Notes: generated by a model from the sequence alone, not told the origin. A DNA stretch of 64,000 nt from Candidatus Poribacteria bacterium (GCA_965116925.1 OZ220744.1:3584001-3648000); one strand, 5' to 3'; shown: positions 47,383 through 58,251, numbered from the stretch's first letter. Made by a program: numbers and translations.

Positions 47383-48360
47383 ATGGAATATCGTAACTTT
47401 GGTACGGCGGGCGTTCAGGTATCGCCCATCTGTCTGGGGGTTGCCTTTCGTGGGCGACCCGATAAAGCAATCCAACGAGCAACAATCGAACACGCGATCG
47501 AGGGTGGTGTCAATTTCATTGACTGCGCGAACACCTATCAGCGTGGGGATTCTGAACGTATCCTCGGCGAGACTATTAAGGGACGGCGGGATCAGTTTGT
47601 CATTACCACCAAAGTATGCGAACCCATCAACAAGGGAACGAATGACCCAATGGGACCGAACGACCGGGGGTTATCACGTTTTCATGTCATGCGTGAGGTA
47701 GAAAAAAGTCTATCGCGCCTGCAAACAGATTACATCGATATCTATCTGCTCCATCATGTGGATCCGACGACACCGATAGAGGAGACGCTGCGAGCGTTAG
47801 ATGATCTTGTACGGCAGGGGAAGGTGCGGTATATCGGTTGCGCTAACTTTGCTGCGTGGCAGGTGTGTCAGGGATTGTGGATTAGTGACCGTCGCAACCT
47901 TGCGCCCTTTATCTGTGTGCAGAGCCATTATAATCTGCTGGATCGTTCTCCTGAACGGGAGATTATGCCTTTCTGCCGTGCGGAAGGGTTGGGGATGATG
48001 ACGTATAGTCCACTGGCTATCGGGTTGCTGACGGGACGGTTTCGGCACGGTGTAGCACCGCCGTCCGATACGCCGTGGGGACAAGGACGGTTAGGATTCG
48101 AGAAGATGATGACACCTGACGCTGATCGGGTGGTAGAAACGCTCATTCGCATTGGAACGGAACGTGGAAAAACGCCTGCCCAAGTTGCCATCGCATGGGT
48201 GCTGTCACACCCTGAGATCTCCGCAGCGATGATTGGTCCTGACAGCCCAGAACAGGTTGAGGAAAATCTAGGCGGTGTGGGTTGGGAATTGACTGTTGAT
48301 GAACGTGCTGCGTTAGACAAAGCATCGGTGTGGGCACTCGCCGGTGAGAATGTAGGTTGA
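47383..48360 (+). CDS. Aldo/keto reductase
   Basis: FIDCANTY, SLSRLQTDYIDIYLLH, GKVRYIG, YSPLAIGLLTG. Confidence 0.95.
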   Translation: MEYRNFGTAGVQVSPICLGVAFRGRPDKAIQRATIEHAIEGGVNFIDCANTYQRGDSERILGETIKGRRDQFVITTKVCEPINKGTNDPMGPNDRGLSRFHVMREVEKSLSRLQTDYIDIYLLHHVDPTTPIEETLRALDDLVRQGKVRYIGCANFAAWQVCQGLWISDRRNLAPFICVQSHYNLLDRSPEREIMPFCRAEGLGMMTYSPLAIGLLTGRFRHGVAPPSDTPWGQGRLGFEKMMTPDADRVVETLIRIGTERGKTPAQVAIAWVLSHPEISAAMIGPDSPEQVEENLGGVGWELTVDERAALDKASVWALAGENVG

Positions 48361-48427
48361 TGTGATGGGGTAGACGATGTAGGAGGTGCGCTGCCAAGCA
48401 ACAAACGAAGGAGGCACAGAGACCACG

Positions 48428-48634
48428 ATGAGATACAAATTAAGCATTATCGCAACACCCGAACCCGAAGGGGGTTTTACCATAACTTGTAAAGAACTCC
48501 CAGAATTAATAACCGTAGGAGATTCTCTAGATGAAGCGATAGAAAACATTAAAGATGCTTTCATAGCAGTCTTTGAAATATACCAAGACACAGGTCGCAC
48601 ACTACCAGAAGGCATTAAGGTTTCAGAGACATAA
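48428..48634 (+). CDS. HicB-family antitoxin (short form; no adjacent hicA)
   Basis: EGGFTITCKELPELITVGDSLDEAIENIKDA. Confidence 0.85.
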   Translation: MRYKLSIIATPEPEGGFTITCKELPELITVGDSLDEAIENIKDAFIAVFEIYQDTGRTLPEGIKVSET

Positions 48635-48766
48635 TGTCCATAAATATATCTACTGATTCCATAAGTTTCTGTGTCGGATTTTAGATTGATCTTGGACACA
48701 TTTTAAGGTATACTACTCATGCAAGCAAAATAGTTTTGATAAACTGGTTGTTTTTACTACGCTTTT

Positions 48767-48789
48767 ACCCCGGCTGCCGGGGTTTTTTT
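48767..48789 (+). terminator. Rho-independent terminator just upstream of purL
   Basis: ACCCCGGC-TG-CCGGGGT followed by a T-run. Confidence 0.65.
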
Positions 48790-48826
48790 ATTCTGTTTTT
48801 CTAATTACACCCCATTGAGGTATCCG

Positions 48827-51283
48827 ATGATCGCTAAACAGATTCCAATCTTAAACGCCGATGCCGATGAACTATCACGCATCAGTCAGGAGGGGTTGCT
48901 TTCGCTGAATCTCGCTGAAATGCAGGCGATCCAAGCTCACTTCGCCAAATTGGAGCGAAATCCCACCGATGTCGAGCTTGAAACTATTGCCCAAACGTGG
49001 TCAGAGCATTGTGTTCACAAAACATTTAAGAGCATGATTGAGTATGCGGAAAAAGGGCGAGAGACGGAGATGATTGATGGACTGTTCAAGACGTATATCC
49101 AGCGGGCGACACAGGAGATTGGGGCGGAGTGGTGTGTCTCCGTTTTCATCGACAATGCGGGCATCATTGAGTTTGATGATAATTACAATATCGTTTTCAA
49201 AGTCGAAACGCACAATCACCCCTCCGCAATCGAGCCGTATGGCGGCGCAGGCACAGGAATCGGTGGCGTGATTCGGGATTCGCTCGGTACGGGGTTGGGT
49301 GCGAAGCCTATTCTCAACACGGATGTTTTCTGTTTCGGCCTCCCCGATCTTAGCTATGACGAACTCCCCAAAGGCGCGCTCCATCCAAAACGGATCTTCA
49401 AAGGCGTTGTCTCGGGTGTACGGGACTACGGCAATCGTATGGGGATTCCGACGGCGAATGGGGCTATCCTATTTGACCCACGCTATACGGGGAATCCGCT
49501 CGTCTATTGTGGCAACGTCGGTCTGATCCCCAAGGATCGGTGTGATAAAACGGTGGAACCTGGTGATCTGGTCGTTGCTGTCGGCGGACGCACCGGACGG
49601 GATGGGATTCATGGGGCGACGTTCTCCTCTCTGGAGTTGGACGACACCTCCGAAAGCCTCGGCAGCGTCGTGCAGATCGGCAACCCGATTATGGAGAAGA
49701 AAATCGTCGATGCCCTGATGGGTGCCCGGGATCGGCAGCTTTATCGCAATATCACGGATTGCGGTGCCGGTGGATTTTCCTCTGCCGTTGGGGAGATGGG
49801 CCAGGAGATAGGTGCGGAGGTGCATCTGGAAAACATACCGCTCAAATATACAGTCCTTGATCCGTGGGAGATCTGGTTGTCCGAGGCGCAGGAAAGAATG
49901 GTAATTGCCGTACCGCCTGAGAATATAGAAGAATTGATGGCGATCTGTGAATCAGAATCGGTTGAAGCGACTGTACTCGGTACATTCACCGATACCCACA
50001 GGCTGCGCGTTTTCTACCGGGGAGAGGTTGTAGGAGACCTTGACATGGATTTCCTCCACAACGGCTTGCCTCGCCATACGAAAAAGGCGGTCTGGGATCC
50101 GCCGCAACACCCTGAACCTGAACCGGGTCAAATCGGTTCACCCCCACTCACCGAAGACCTCTGTCGTATCCTCGCAAGCCCCAATGTAGCGAGCAAGGAG
50201 TGGGTTATCCGGCAATACGACCATGAGGTTCAGGGCGGGTTGGTTCTCAAGCCGCTCGTTGGGCGCGAGAATGACGGTCCCGGCGACGCTTGCATCACAA
50301 CGCCTGTTCTCGGCTCCCGAAAAGGGGTCGTTGTGGCTAACGGGATCAATCCGAAGTATGGGGACATTGATCCGTACCACAGCGCAGCAGCGGCGATTGA
50401 TGAAGCGTTGCGAAATATCATCGCTGTGGGTGGGAATTTGGAGCAGACTGCGCTGCTTGATAACTTCAGTTGGGGCAATCCCGACAAACATGACCGTCTC
50501 GGTGGCTTGGTGCGTTCAGCGCGGGCGTGTTACGACATCGCTGTTGCGTATGGCACCCCCTTCATTTCTGGTAAGGATAGCCTCTACAACGAATACCGTG
50601 ACACCACCACCGGCGAGCAGCTTGCGATTCCGCCGACCCTGCTTATCTCTGCGATCTGCGTGATGCCGGATGTGAGCAAGGCGGTGTCGATGGACGTGAA
50701 ATCGCCCGGCAACCGAGTCTATGTCATTGGTAAGACCTATGCTGAACTTGGTGGTTCGCACTACTACGCGGTTCACGGTTTCATCGGAAACGTTGCCCCG
50801 AAGGTACGACCCGCTGAGGGGAAGCGAACGATGGAGGCGTTGAGTCTTGCGATTGATCAGGGGCTTGTGCGCTCCTGCCACGATTGCTCCGAAGGTGGTA
50901 TTGGTGTGGCTGCGGCGGAGATGGCGTTTGCCGGTGGGTTTGGTATGCACCTTTCGCTTACAGACCTACCCCGCGACCCCGATGTTACATCGGATGATGC
51001 GTTACTTTTCTCAGAGTCGAACAGTCGATTCATCGTGGAAGTCGCGCCGGAGAAACAGGAAGCGTTTGAGAGGTGTATGGCAGGTGTCCATCCCGTGATG
51101 GCAGGGTTGTCACCGCAAGTGAAGGAAGCGTTTGAGAAGGGTATAGCGGGTGTCCCGATTGGCTGCATCGGCACCGTGGTTGAGGGTGTGGATTTTGTTG
51201 TCAACGGCACCGATGGGAGCACGATTGTGGAGACGACAATAGATCGGCTCAAGGAGAATTGGCAGGGAACGTTTCGATGGTAA
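48827..51283 (+). CDS. purL: Phosphoribosylformylglycinamidine synthase subunit PurL
   Basis: QTWSEHC.HK, KVETHNHPSAIEPYGGAGTGIGGVIRD, DCGAGG, ISGKDSLYN, HDCSEGG. Confidence 0.97.
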   Translation: MIAKQIPILNADADELSRISQEGLLSLNLAEMQAIQAHFAKLERNPTDVELETIAQTWSEHCVHKTFKSMIEYAEKGRETEMIDGLFKTYIQRATQEIGAEWCVSVFIDNAGIIEFDDNYNIVFKVETHNHPSAIEPYGGAGTGIGGVIRDSLGTGLGAKPILNTDVFCFGLPDLSYDELPKGALHPKRIFKGVVSGVRDYGNRMGIPTANGAILFDPRYTGNPLVYCGNVGLIPKDRCDKTVEPGDLVVAVGGRTGRDGIHGATFSSLELDDTSESLGSVVQIGNPIMEKKIVDALMGARDRQLYRNITDCGAGGFSSAVGEMGQEIGAEVHLENIPLKYTVLDPWEIWLSEAQERMVIAVPPENIEELMAICESESVEATVLGTFTDTHRLRVFYRGEVVGDLDMDFLHNGLPRHTKKAVWDPPQHPEPEPGQIGSPPLTEDLCRILASPNVASKEWVIRQYDHEVQGGLVLKPLVGRENDGPGDACITTPVLGSRKGVVVANGINPKYGDIDPYHSAAAAIDEALRNIIAVGGNLEQTALLDNFSWGNPDKHDRLGGLVRSARACYDIAVAYGTPFISGKDSLYNEYRDTTTGEQLAIPPTLLISAICVMPDVSKAVSMDVKSPGNRVYVIGKTYAELGGSHYYAVHGFIGNVAPKVRPAEGKRTMEALSLAIDQGLVRSCHDCSEGGIGVAAAEMAFAGGFGMHLSLTDLPRDPDVTSDDALLFSESNSRFIVEVAPEKQEAFERCMAGVHPVMAGLSPQVKEAFEKGIAGVPIGCIGTVVEGVDFVVNGTDGSTIVETTIDRLKENWQGTFRW

Positions 51284-51324
51284 AATCCCTTGGCTTAAGG
51301 TCTTTAGTATAGGAGAGAATTGAG

Positions 51325-52104
51325 ATGAAACCGAAGGTCCTTATCCTTCGCACCGCAGGCACGAACTGCGACTATGAAACAGATCACGCCTTTCAACTTG
51401 TAGGTGGGGAAACATCACTGGTTCACGTCAACCAACTGATTGCCGGTGAGGTTGACCTCATGGATTATCAGATTATAGCGATTCCGGGCGGTTTCTCTTA
51501 CGGTGACGATGTTGCCGCCGGCACCTTGTTAGCAAACGAGATGCGATACAAACTTGCCGATTCGCTCGCCACTTATGTCGAATCGGGACGCTTGATGATT
51601 GGTATCTGCAATGGGTTTCAGGTGCTTGTGCGTGCTGGGTTGCTCCCCCGCCTCGATTTGCGGCAGGGGCAACAGATGACCCTTGCCATGAATACCTCTG
51701 CAAAGTTTGAATGCCGTTGGATTCAGTTGGAAACTCAAGAGAGTAACTGTATCTTCACGCGAGGGTTGAAGTCTCGTATTTATCTGCCTGTCGCTCATGC
51801 GGAGGGACGGTTCACCGCACCGCAACCGATACTGGATCAGATTGAAGCCGATGGCCAGGTGGTGTTTCGATACGCCTCAAGCAATGGGGGGGCACCGGAA
51901 TATCCTGATAATCCAAATGGTTCCGATCGCCACATCGCTGGAATCTGTGATCCCACTGGCAGGATTTTCGGGATGATGCCTCACCCGGAACGATTCCTAA
52001 CACGCCTCAACCATCCCCGTTGGACACGAGAAAATCTGCCTGAAGAAGGAGATGGACTAGCAATTTTTCAAAATGCTGTCGATTACGTGTCAGGACTTTC
52101 TTGA
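51325..52104 (+). CDS. purQ: Phosphoribosylformylglycinamidine synthase glutaminase subunit PurQ
   Basis: GTNCD, PGGFSYGD, GICNGFQVL, GMMPHPER. Confidence 0.97.
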   Translation: MKPKVLILRTAGTNCDYETDHAFQLVGGETSLVHVNQLIAGEVDLMDYQIIAIPGGFSYGDDVAAGTLLANEMRYKLADSLATYVESGRLMIGICNGFQVLVRAGLLPRLDLRQGQQMTLAMNTSAKFECRWIQLETQESNCIFTRGLKSRIYLPVAHAEGRFTAPQPILDQIEADGQVVFRYASSNGGAPEYPDNPNGSDRHIAGICDPTGRIFGMMPHPERFLTRLNHPRWTRENLPEEGDGLAIFQNAVDYVSGLS

Positions 52105-52154
52105 TTTGTCATCTGGATCATCATTGAATTTTGATTAGAAAAGGACTTTAATCA

Positions 52155-53210
52155 ATGAACCTTCGCCCCTTTTTGCGAGACGATCTCGCGGACCTCACGC
52201 CCTACCATGTTGCTCAACCGCCCCACCGAGTTAAGGCGGATGCGAATGAATCTCCTTTTGACCTACCACCGGAGATTCGACAGGAGTTGACCGAAGCCCT
52301 CGCCCAACTCAATTTTAATCGCTACCCGGATCCAAGTTCGGACCTGCTGCGAACACAACTTTGTGAACGGTTGGGGGTTGATAAGACGGAAATTGTCGTT
52401 GGCAATGGATCTGATGAGTTGATCGGCAATTTTATGTTAGCTTTCGGCAGACCGGAGGCGTGCGTCTCCTTTCCGACCCCAACATTTTCGATGTTTGGGA
52501 TTCTCGCACAAGTTGCGCGGCTTGAAGCGGTCGGATTGCCGCTTAATGACGAGTTTGATCTGGACTCGGAGGCGTGGACAGCTCATCTTGATGCCCACGC
52601 GCTTAACCTTGTATTCCTCTCATATCCCAACAATCCGACAGGCACCAATTTCTCGGCAGCAGTGATTCACGAGATGCTTTCCCGTCCTGATACGCTTGTG
52701 CTCCTCGATGAAGCGTATTACGAGTTTTCCGGGCAGTCTCTTATGGAAGATCGGGAGCGTCACCCCAATCTAGTCATCACCCGCACCTTCTCCAAGGCGT
52801 ATGGACTTGCGGGCTTACGGGTCGGCTACGTCGTTGCACATCCAGAGGTCGTCGATGAGCTGAACAAGGTTCGCCTGCCGTATAATCTCAACCGTTTTTC
52901 ACAGATTGCTGCAACGCTTCTGCTCAAACGTCCCGAACGATTGGTTCAACATCTGCGGCTAATTCGGGGCGAGCGAGAACGGGTTTTCAACGCGCTGAAA
53001 GCGATAGAGGGCATCCACCCATTCCCAACGGATGCGAACTTCGTCCTCTTTCGGACAGATCAATCTTGCCATGAAGTGTTTCAACGTTTGCTCGATCACG
53101 GTGTGCTTGTCCGCAACCTCGATCGTCCGGGACCGTTGCAAAACTGTTTACGAGTAACAATCGGCACACCGGAAGATAATGAAATGTTCCTTGAAGGTTT
53201 GCGGAGTTGA
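52155..53210 (+). CDS. hisC: Histidinol-phosphate aminotransferase
   Basis: GNGSDELI, PNNPTG, DEAY, RTFSKAYGLAGLRVGY. Confidence 0.93.
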   Translation: MNLRPFLRDDLADLTPYHVAQPPHRVKADANESPFDLPPEIRQELTEALAQLNFNRYPDPSSDLLRTQLCERLGVDKTEIVVGNGSDELIGNFMLAFGRPEACVSFPTPTFSMFGILAQVARLEAVGLPLNDEFDLDSEAWTAHLDAHALNLVFLSYPNNPTGTNFSAAVIHEMLSRPDTLVLLDEAYYEFSGQSLMEDRERHPNLVITRTFSKAYGLAGLRVGYVVAHPEVVDELNKVRLPYNLNRFSQIAATLLLKRPERLVQHLRLIRGERERVFNALKAIEGIHPFPTDANFVLFRTDQSCHEVFQRLLDHGVLVRNLDRPGPLQNCLRVTIGTPEDNEMFLEGLRS

Positions 53211-53255
53211 GGTAAAAGGAATACCGGGCCGAGGAAACGGACAACTCGATTTATT

Positions 53256-53762
53256 GTGTTTGGGGCGGTGCCTGTCCCAGAAGGAAGTCCAGTGAATAGT
53301 CCCCCCAGAAAAACAGCTAAACATGAGCCCAACAAACTGCGTCGCCGCTTGCTGCCGCTCTACATGAGACCCTTCATCTTGATTGCTTTCATGGTAACTT
53401 CGTTGGTAGGACAGCTTACATGGACGACGGCTATGGCAATAGCTGAAGCCGTAGATGCACGATGGTGCGGTGTTGGTTTTGCCCTTGGGATTGTTCTTGG
53501 TTACATTCAAGGGGGTTGGATATCGCGGATGTGGGCGCGTGATTATTTGCGCGTGCTGAAACGCGAAATTACATTTTGGGAGGCGAGGGGTGCTACGGGG
53601 ACAACTGTTTTCGTAATTCTTGCGCTGGGTATTCCGATTGTGGTCGGATTGTCTTTGAGGCATGCACATCATATGTTGGTGGGGATTCAATCGTATATCT
53701 TTGGCTTTATTGGTGGGATGAATTTTGCGCTCTACCTATGGGTGCGGCGTTTGCCTAAGTAA
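53256..53762 (+). CDS. Hypothetical membrane protein (true start probably downstream)
   Basis: Four hydrophobic segments. Confidence 0.65.
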   Translation: MFGAVPVPEGSPVNSPPRKTAKHEPNKLRRRLLPLYMRPFILIAFMVTSLVGQLTWTTAMAIAEAVDARWCGVGFALGIVLGYIQGGWISRMWARDYLRVLKREITFWEARGATGTTVFVILALGIPIVVGLSLRHAHHMLVGIQSYIFGFIGGMNFALYLWVRRLPK

Positions 53763-53868
53763 CACAAATTAGTATTAGTTCATTAAGCTGGCGGATTTGA
53801 TGCCTTGATGGGCGGGGAAACCCCGCCCCTACTAGCTTTGGTGGACGGCACGCGGAGCGTGCCTACTA

Positions 53869-55131
53869 CTATTTGACTCCGTAAACTTTTGCGGGATTGT
53901 CGTGGAAGGCGGCTTGCGCGACGTCAAGGGCGACGGATTCTGAAATCGATCCTTCCTGCATCATTTCTGCAAGCGTGACCGCGAAATTTTGGCGTGCCAT
54001 TTTGATGTGTCCATAGACTGCTTCGACATGCTGGAGGTCGTCGCCGAAAGCGATGATTTTGTTATAGGGCACCATCTGAAGCCACTCCCTCAAATCGAGC
54101 CGTGAACCGATCGGCGAGATAATATGGATCCAAGACATGTTCAGGTAGACATTGCTGAACGCCTTGCCGAGCACGGCACCTTCTCGAAGGTAGGGATAAC
54201 CGGCGTGAGAGAGATCGAAACGTGCGTCTCGGAAGGTCTGAAACAGTTCGGCGAGCGGCGCGGGGGTGCACCCTTCCATGCTTCCGTAATTTCCAGCCCG
54301 TATGCCCTGATGGAACTGGACAGTCAGATCAGCATCGGAGGCGGCACGACAGCATTCAAAAACGAGGTAGTCTTCCAAGAGGATACCTTCTTCGGAATCT
54401 AGCCCAGCGTACTTCCCGCACATCAATCCATCAAAGACCTTTGCAGCATCTTCCTTCTGGCGTGTCGTGAAATCCATACGGCGATGGTAGGACTGCGACA
54501 TCTTTACCCCTGCGACGGTTGCCCGCTTCCAATCCCGACATACCTGCCGAATGACTTCGACGTGTTGGGCGAGATTCGTGATGGCAACGTCGTAGTCTTT
54601 TTCAATAGCTTGGACTTGGTCGGCGGAGTGAAGCATACTGAAGCGGTTCAAGCGTGGCAGTGGTAGGAACAGCGTTCGATCCACTTCGATGAGGTCTTCC
54701 ATGTTGACCACTGAGAGCGCGATATTCGATCGTCGCTGCAGCACGTCGTGATAAAACCCCGGCTTACTGCGCTCGCGGAGGGCATCTGAAATGGGTTCGA
54801 CTGTCTCGGCGGTCAAGTCTGGGAATCCGAGTAGATCTCGGAAGCCTTCAATGATGCACTGCGAAAATCCAGTCAGACGGGTGTATCGGAAATACGGCTC
54901 GAAAATCTTCCAGCGTTCTGCAAGTGGAAGTCCCGGCTCCAGTGCTAATTTCATTTGATCAGGGGACATCCCTGCCGAGACCAAATCGGAGGCGGGGTAG
55001 GGATGTTTGAAGAAAGCGAGGGCGTCGGGTGCTTCTGCGATCCGGTCTATCTCAGGACTGATGTGGGAGTGGGAGTTAATACACGGAATTTTTGAGATTT
55101 CATCAAACAGTTCTGTCGAAAGGGTATCCAT
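53869..55131 (-). CDS. Amidohydrolase-superfamily protein (uronate-isomerase-like)
   Basis: INSHSH, VQFHQG, DLSHAGYPY, KIIAFGDD. Confidence 0.85.
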   Translation of the reverse strand: MDTLSTELFDEISKIPCINSHSHISPEIDRIAEAPDALAFFKHPYPASDLVSAGMSPDQMKLALEPGLPLAERWKIFEPYFRYTRLTGFSQCIIEGFRDLLGFPDLTAETVEPISDALRERSKPGFYHDVLQRRSNIALSVVNMEDLIEVDRTLFLPLPRLNRFSMLHSADQVQAIEKDYDVAITNLAQHVEVIRQVCRDWKRATVAGVKMSQSYHRRMDFTTRQKEDAAKVFDGLMCGKYAGLDSEEGILLEDYLVFECCRAASDADLTVQFHQGIRAGNYGSMEGCTPAPLAELFQTFRDARFDLSHAGYPYLREGAVLGKAFSNVYLNMSWIHIISPIGSRLDLREWLQMVPYNKIIAFGDDLQHVEAVYGHIKMARQNFAVTLAEMMQEGSISESVALDVAQAAFHDNPAKVYGVK

Positions 55132-55309
55132 TGAGAGTGCCTCCTCATTGGTTCATTAGTGCATTAGTTCATTGGTGCATTGGATTGACAAACGCTATCT
55201 ATTTTCTATTTTGGCACAAAAGCGTTGTAAATTCAAGTGGGGATAGAAATAATCCAAATCGCTAGCTATCATCCTGATAAATAACGTGAGGCGTGAGGTA
55301 TGGGTACAG

Positions 55310-56044
55310 ATGAGTGATTCATATCTTTTAATCTTTTCCATTCTATTTGTTTCGACTTTTATACATTCGACCCTTGGCTTTGGTCAGGCGTTGATCGCTA
55401 TGCCTCTGTTAGCGATGGCTGTTGAACTAAAGACCGCTACGCCGTTGGTGGCGTTTGTCCTAATGACGATTGCAGCTATTATTCTGTTGCGGAATTGGCG
55501 TGTTGCGGATCTGAACGCGGTGTGGCGGTTGGTGCTGTCGTCATGCTTTGGTATACCTGTGGGGCTTTTTCTGTTGAAAGGCGTTCCGGAAGGATTGATG
55601 AAAGTATTTCTAGGAACAGTGGTCATCCTGTTCAGTCTCTATAATCTGGTGAATCGGCATCTGAAGATAATCGATCGGCACCGGGTGAACGGTGGCTCCG
55701 GACTTGCTTATCTCTTTGGGTTTGTTGCTGGAGTTCTCGGCGCGGCTTATAACACCAGCGGGGTGGTAATCACGATTTATGCGACACTTCGTGATTGGTC
55801 GCCGGATCGTTTCCGATCCACATTGCAGAGTTATTTTGTGTTTACCGGTCTTCTAATCTTGGCGAGTCACGGATTGGCTGGCTTATGGACGCCTTATGTG
55901 TTCAGGCTGTACGGGACTTCTCTGCCACTAATTTTGGTAGGGATATTCCTCGGCGGCAAATTGAGCAGACTAATCCCTCAAGGGCAGTTTGATGGGTATG
56001 TCAATGTGGGGTTGCTTATTATGGGGCTCTTGTTATTCCGTTGA
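55310..56044 (+). CDS. Sulfite exporter TauE/SafE family membrane protein
   Basis: STLGFGQALIAMPLL, GFVAGVLGAAYNTSG, FRSTL. Confidence 0.88.
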   Translation: MSDSYLLIFSILFVSTFIHSTLGFGQALIAMPLLAMAVELKTATPLVAFVLMTIAAIILLRNWRVADLNAVWRLVLSSCFGIPVGLFLLKGVPEGLMKVFLGTVVILFSLYNLVNRHLKIIDRHRVNGGSGLAYLFGFVAGVLGAAYNTSGVVITIYATLRDWSPDRFRSTLQSYFVFTGLLILASHGLAGLWTPYVFRLYGTSLPLILVGIFLGGKLSRLIPQGQFDGYVNVGLLIMGLLLFR

Positions 56045-56172
56045 TTGTGTTGGTCCATTAGTTTTTCGTTGTAGAGGCGGTGAAACTTTGGTATGATGTG
56101 ATTTGTTGGATTTATTTTTTGATAAGGAGGTGCGGTGCCTCGGCAGCAAAGGAGGTCTACCGCCGATTTTCG

Positions 56173-56916
56173 ATGAGAAGTAAAATTCGTGAGAAGTTAT
56201 CAGGTGAAGGGGTATCCATTGGATCATGGCTAAATCTCGGATCGCCACAGGCGGCAGAGGTGATGGCGGCTGCCGGGTTTGATTGGCTTGCCGTTGATGC
56301 CGAACATTCACCGGTGGGGATCACAGAGATTGCGAATATGTTCCGATCGATTGAATCGCGTGGGGCGACGCCGATTGTGCGTGTATGGGACCATGCACCG
56401 GAGACCATAGGGCGTGTGTTGGATGCTGGCGCGTTTGGGGTTGTTCCCCCGCATGTCAGCACGCCGGAGCAAGCGGCGCAGATTGCCCAAGCCTGCCGCT
56501 ATCCGCCGCGGGGGAGACGGTCTTCGGGATCCGGTCGAGCGGGAACATGGGGACCTGATTACAAGACGTGGATTGACGATGAGGTGGTGGTCATCCCGCA
56601 GATTGAGGACCGGGAAGGGATTCGGAATGCAGAAGCCATCATGGAGATTGAAGGCGTTGATATTGGCTTTCTCGGTCCCGGCGATCTATCCCTTGAGATG
56701 GGGGTTGCGGCTGGCAGCCCCGAACATGAGGAAGCGATTCAACACTTTCTGGACGCCTGCAACCGGGTTGGCAAACCGTGCGGCATCCCTGTCGGTTCTG
56801 GCGAGGACCTACTGAAACGGAAGGATCAGGGGTTTGTGTTCTTCGACTTGAGCAATGATATGAGTTTCTTGGCTGCCGAAGCAGGTCGGCAGTTGAGAGA
56901 AGCGAGGGAGGAGTGA
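56173..56916 (+). CDS. HpcH/HpaI aldolase family protein
   Basis: GFDWLAVDAEHSP, RVLDAGA, RYPPRGRR, PQIE, GPGDLS. Confidence 0.92.
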   Translation: MRSKIREKLSGEGVSIGSWLNLGSPQAAEVMAAAGFDWLAVDAEHSPVGITEIANMFRSIESRGATPIVRVWDHAPETIGRVLDAGAFGVVPPHVSTPEQAAQIAQACRYPPRGRRSSGSGRAGTWGPDYKTWIDDEVVVIPQIEDREGIRNAEAIMEIEGVDIGFLGPGDLSLEMGVAAGSPEHEEAIQHFLDACNRVGKPCGIPVGSGEDLLKRKDQGFVFFDLSNDMSFLAAEAGRQLREAREE

Positions 56917-56918
56917 AA

Positions 56919-57926
56919 ATGGCGACTAATGATAAGCTCGGTTGGGCACTCATCGGGTGTGGCGGTGCGGGCAATGGTCACGCACGGTATGCTTCGGACA
57001 CACCGGACGTTGAGGTGCGCGGGTTCTGTGATGTCCGATCTGATTCAGCGAAGAATTTTCATGAACAGTACGGCGGCGATTACTATACCACTGATCCGGA
57101 CCGGGTTTTCTCTGATCCATCGGTGGATATTGTCTCAATTGCTACGTCTCACAGTTCCCACGCTGACTTGGCGATTGCCGCTTTCAATGCTGGGAAGCAT
57201 CTATATCTAGAGAAACCGATGGCAATGACAACGGCGGATTGCCTACGCATCTATGAGGCAATGCAATCTGCTAATCGGAAGCTAATGATAAACTTCTCTA
57301 TCCGTTTCTCTGGCGCGGCGCGGGAGATTAAGAAACGGATACGCTCTCCGAAGGTGAGCCATGGTCAGTGTATGATGGGACCGGCAGATCTGAGTCGATG
57401 GCGTTGGCACGCCGAAGAGGGCGGCGGTCCGCTCTATGATGTCGGTGTTCATGCGGTGGATCTGCTCTGTTGGATTCACGACGCGGATCCGGTGGAGGTC
57501 TACGCAACAGGGGGGCAGATTACCCATCCCGATGGGGAGTTAGACAGCCCTGATACGGTGGACACAGCTGCGGCGACTATCCGTTTTGCGAACGATTCGG
57601 TGGCTACCTTTCTGATGAGCGATGCCGGAAGTAACACGGTCATTTCCAAGTGGTTCTTTGAATTCTTTGATGGCGAGCAGTCCGCAGTCTTATATGAGCA
57701 TTTCAGCAAGGTCACTTTTGGCGGCGATGAAACCTTGAAACCCGGACCTATTGAACGGATGCCGTTGTTGGTGGAAGCCATCCGTAACGATACGGATTCT
57801 TATGTTCCAGCGCGGCCCGGTATCGTTTCTACGCTGCTGGTAGAGAAGATTACGGAGTCTATCCACACCGGGCTGCCGCAGAAGGTGGAAATACCATATT
57901 CCGACAAAAAGATGCAGAGGTTTTGA
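56919..57926 (+). CDS. Gfo/Idh/MocA oxidoreductase
   Basis: IGCGGAG, GKHLYLEKPMA, GGGPLYDVGVHAVD. Confidence 0.92.
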   Translation: MATNDKLGWALIGCGGAGNGHARYASDTPDVEVRGFCDVRSDSAKNFHEQYGGDYYTTDPDRVFSDPSVDIVSIATSHSSHADLAIAAFNAGKHLYLEKPMAMTTADCLRIYEAMQSANRKLMINFSIRFSGAAREIKKRIRSPKVSHGQCMMGPADLSRWRWHAEEGGGPLYDVGVHAVDLLCWIHDADPVEVYATGGQITHPDGELDSPDTVDTAAATIRFANDSVATFLMSDAGSNTVISKWFFEFFDGEQSAVLYEHFSKVTFGGDETLKPGPIERMPLLVEAIRNDTDSYVPARPGIVSTLLVEKITESIHTGLPQKVEIPYSDKKMQRF

Positions 57927-58159
57927 GTCGTTTTAGAGGAACATCTATATCTCCATCAATGCTTTCTGGAGAAATGCTATCGGGTGCAGAGGTATCGGAC
58001 CGGAGATTCGAGAATTGACCTAAGAGTATCCATCTGGGCAATAAGAAAAGGCTTGGATATGGCTTCCAAGCGATATAGGGATAAGAAAGGATACGTCCCC
58101 AAATCTTAAGAATCCCAAAATCCTGTCAATCCAGATTCAGACAATGAGGAAAACACCGA

Positions 58160-58251
58160 GGCTTACATAAAAAGAAAGTGCAAAGCACGAAGAGAAACCG
58201 AGTTTTTTCTTGAAAACTTGGTTTCTGTTGCACGATTTCTTGACATGAGCC
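58160..58251. mobile_element. GGYTCAT-family MITE with an 8-bp TSD, AACACCGA
   Basis: AACACCGA at 58152-58159 and 58252-58259; AGAAACCGAG hairpin core. Confidence 0.8.

Noticed and set aside
55146..55183. Short tandem CATT(G/A)GT(T/G) repeats, also near 39406, 40125 and 47316
   Set aside because: Low-complexity intergenic 8-mers with no evidence of function
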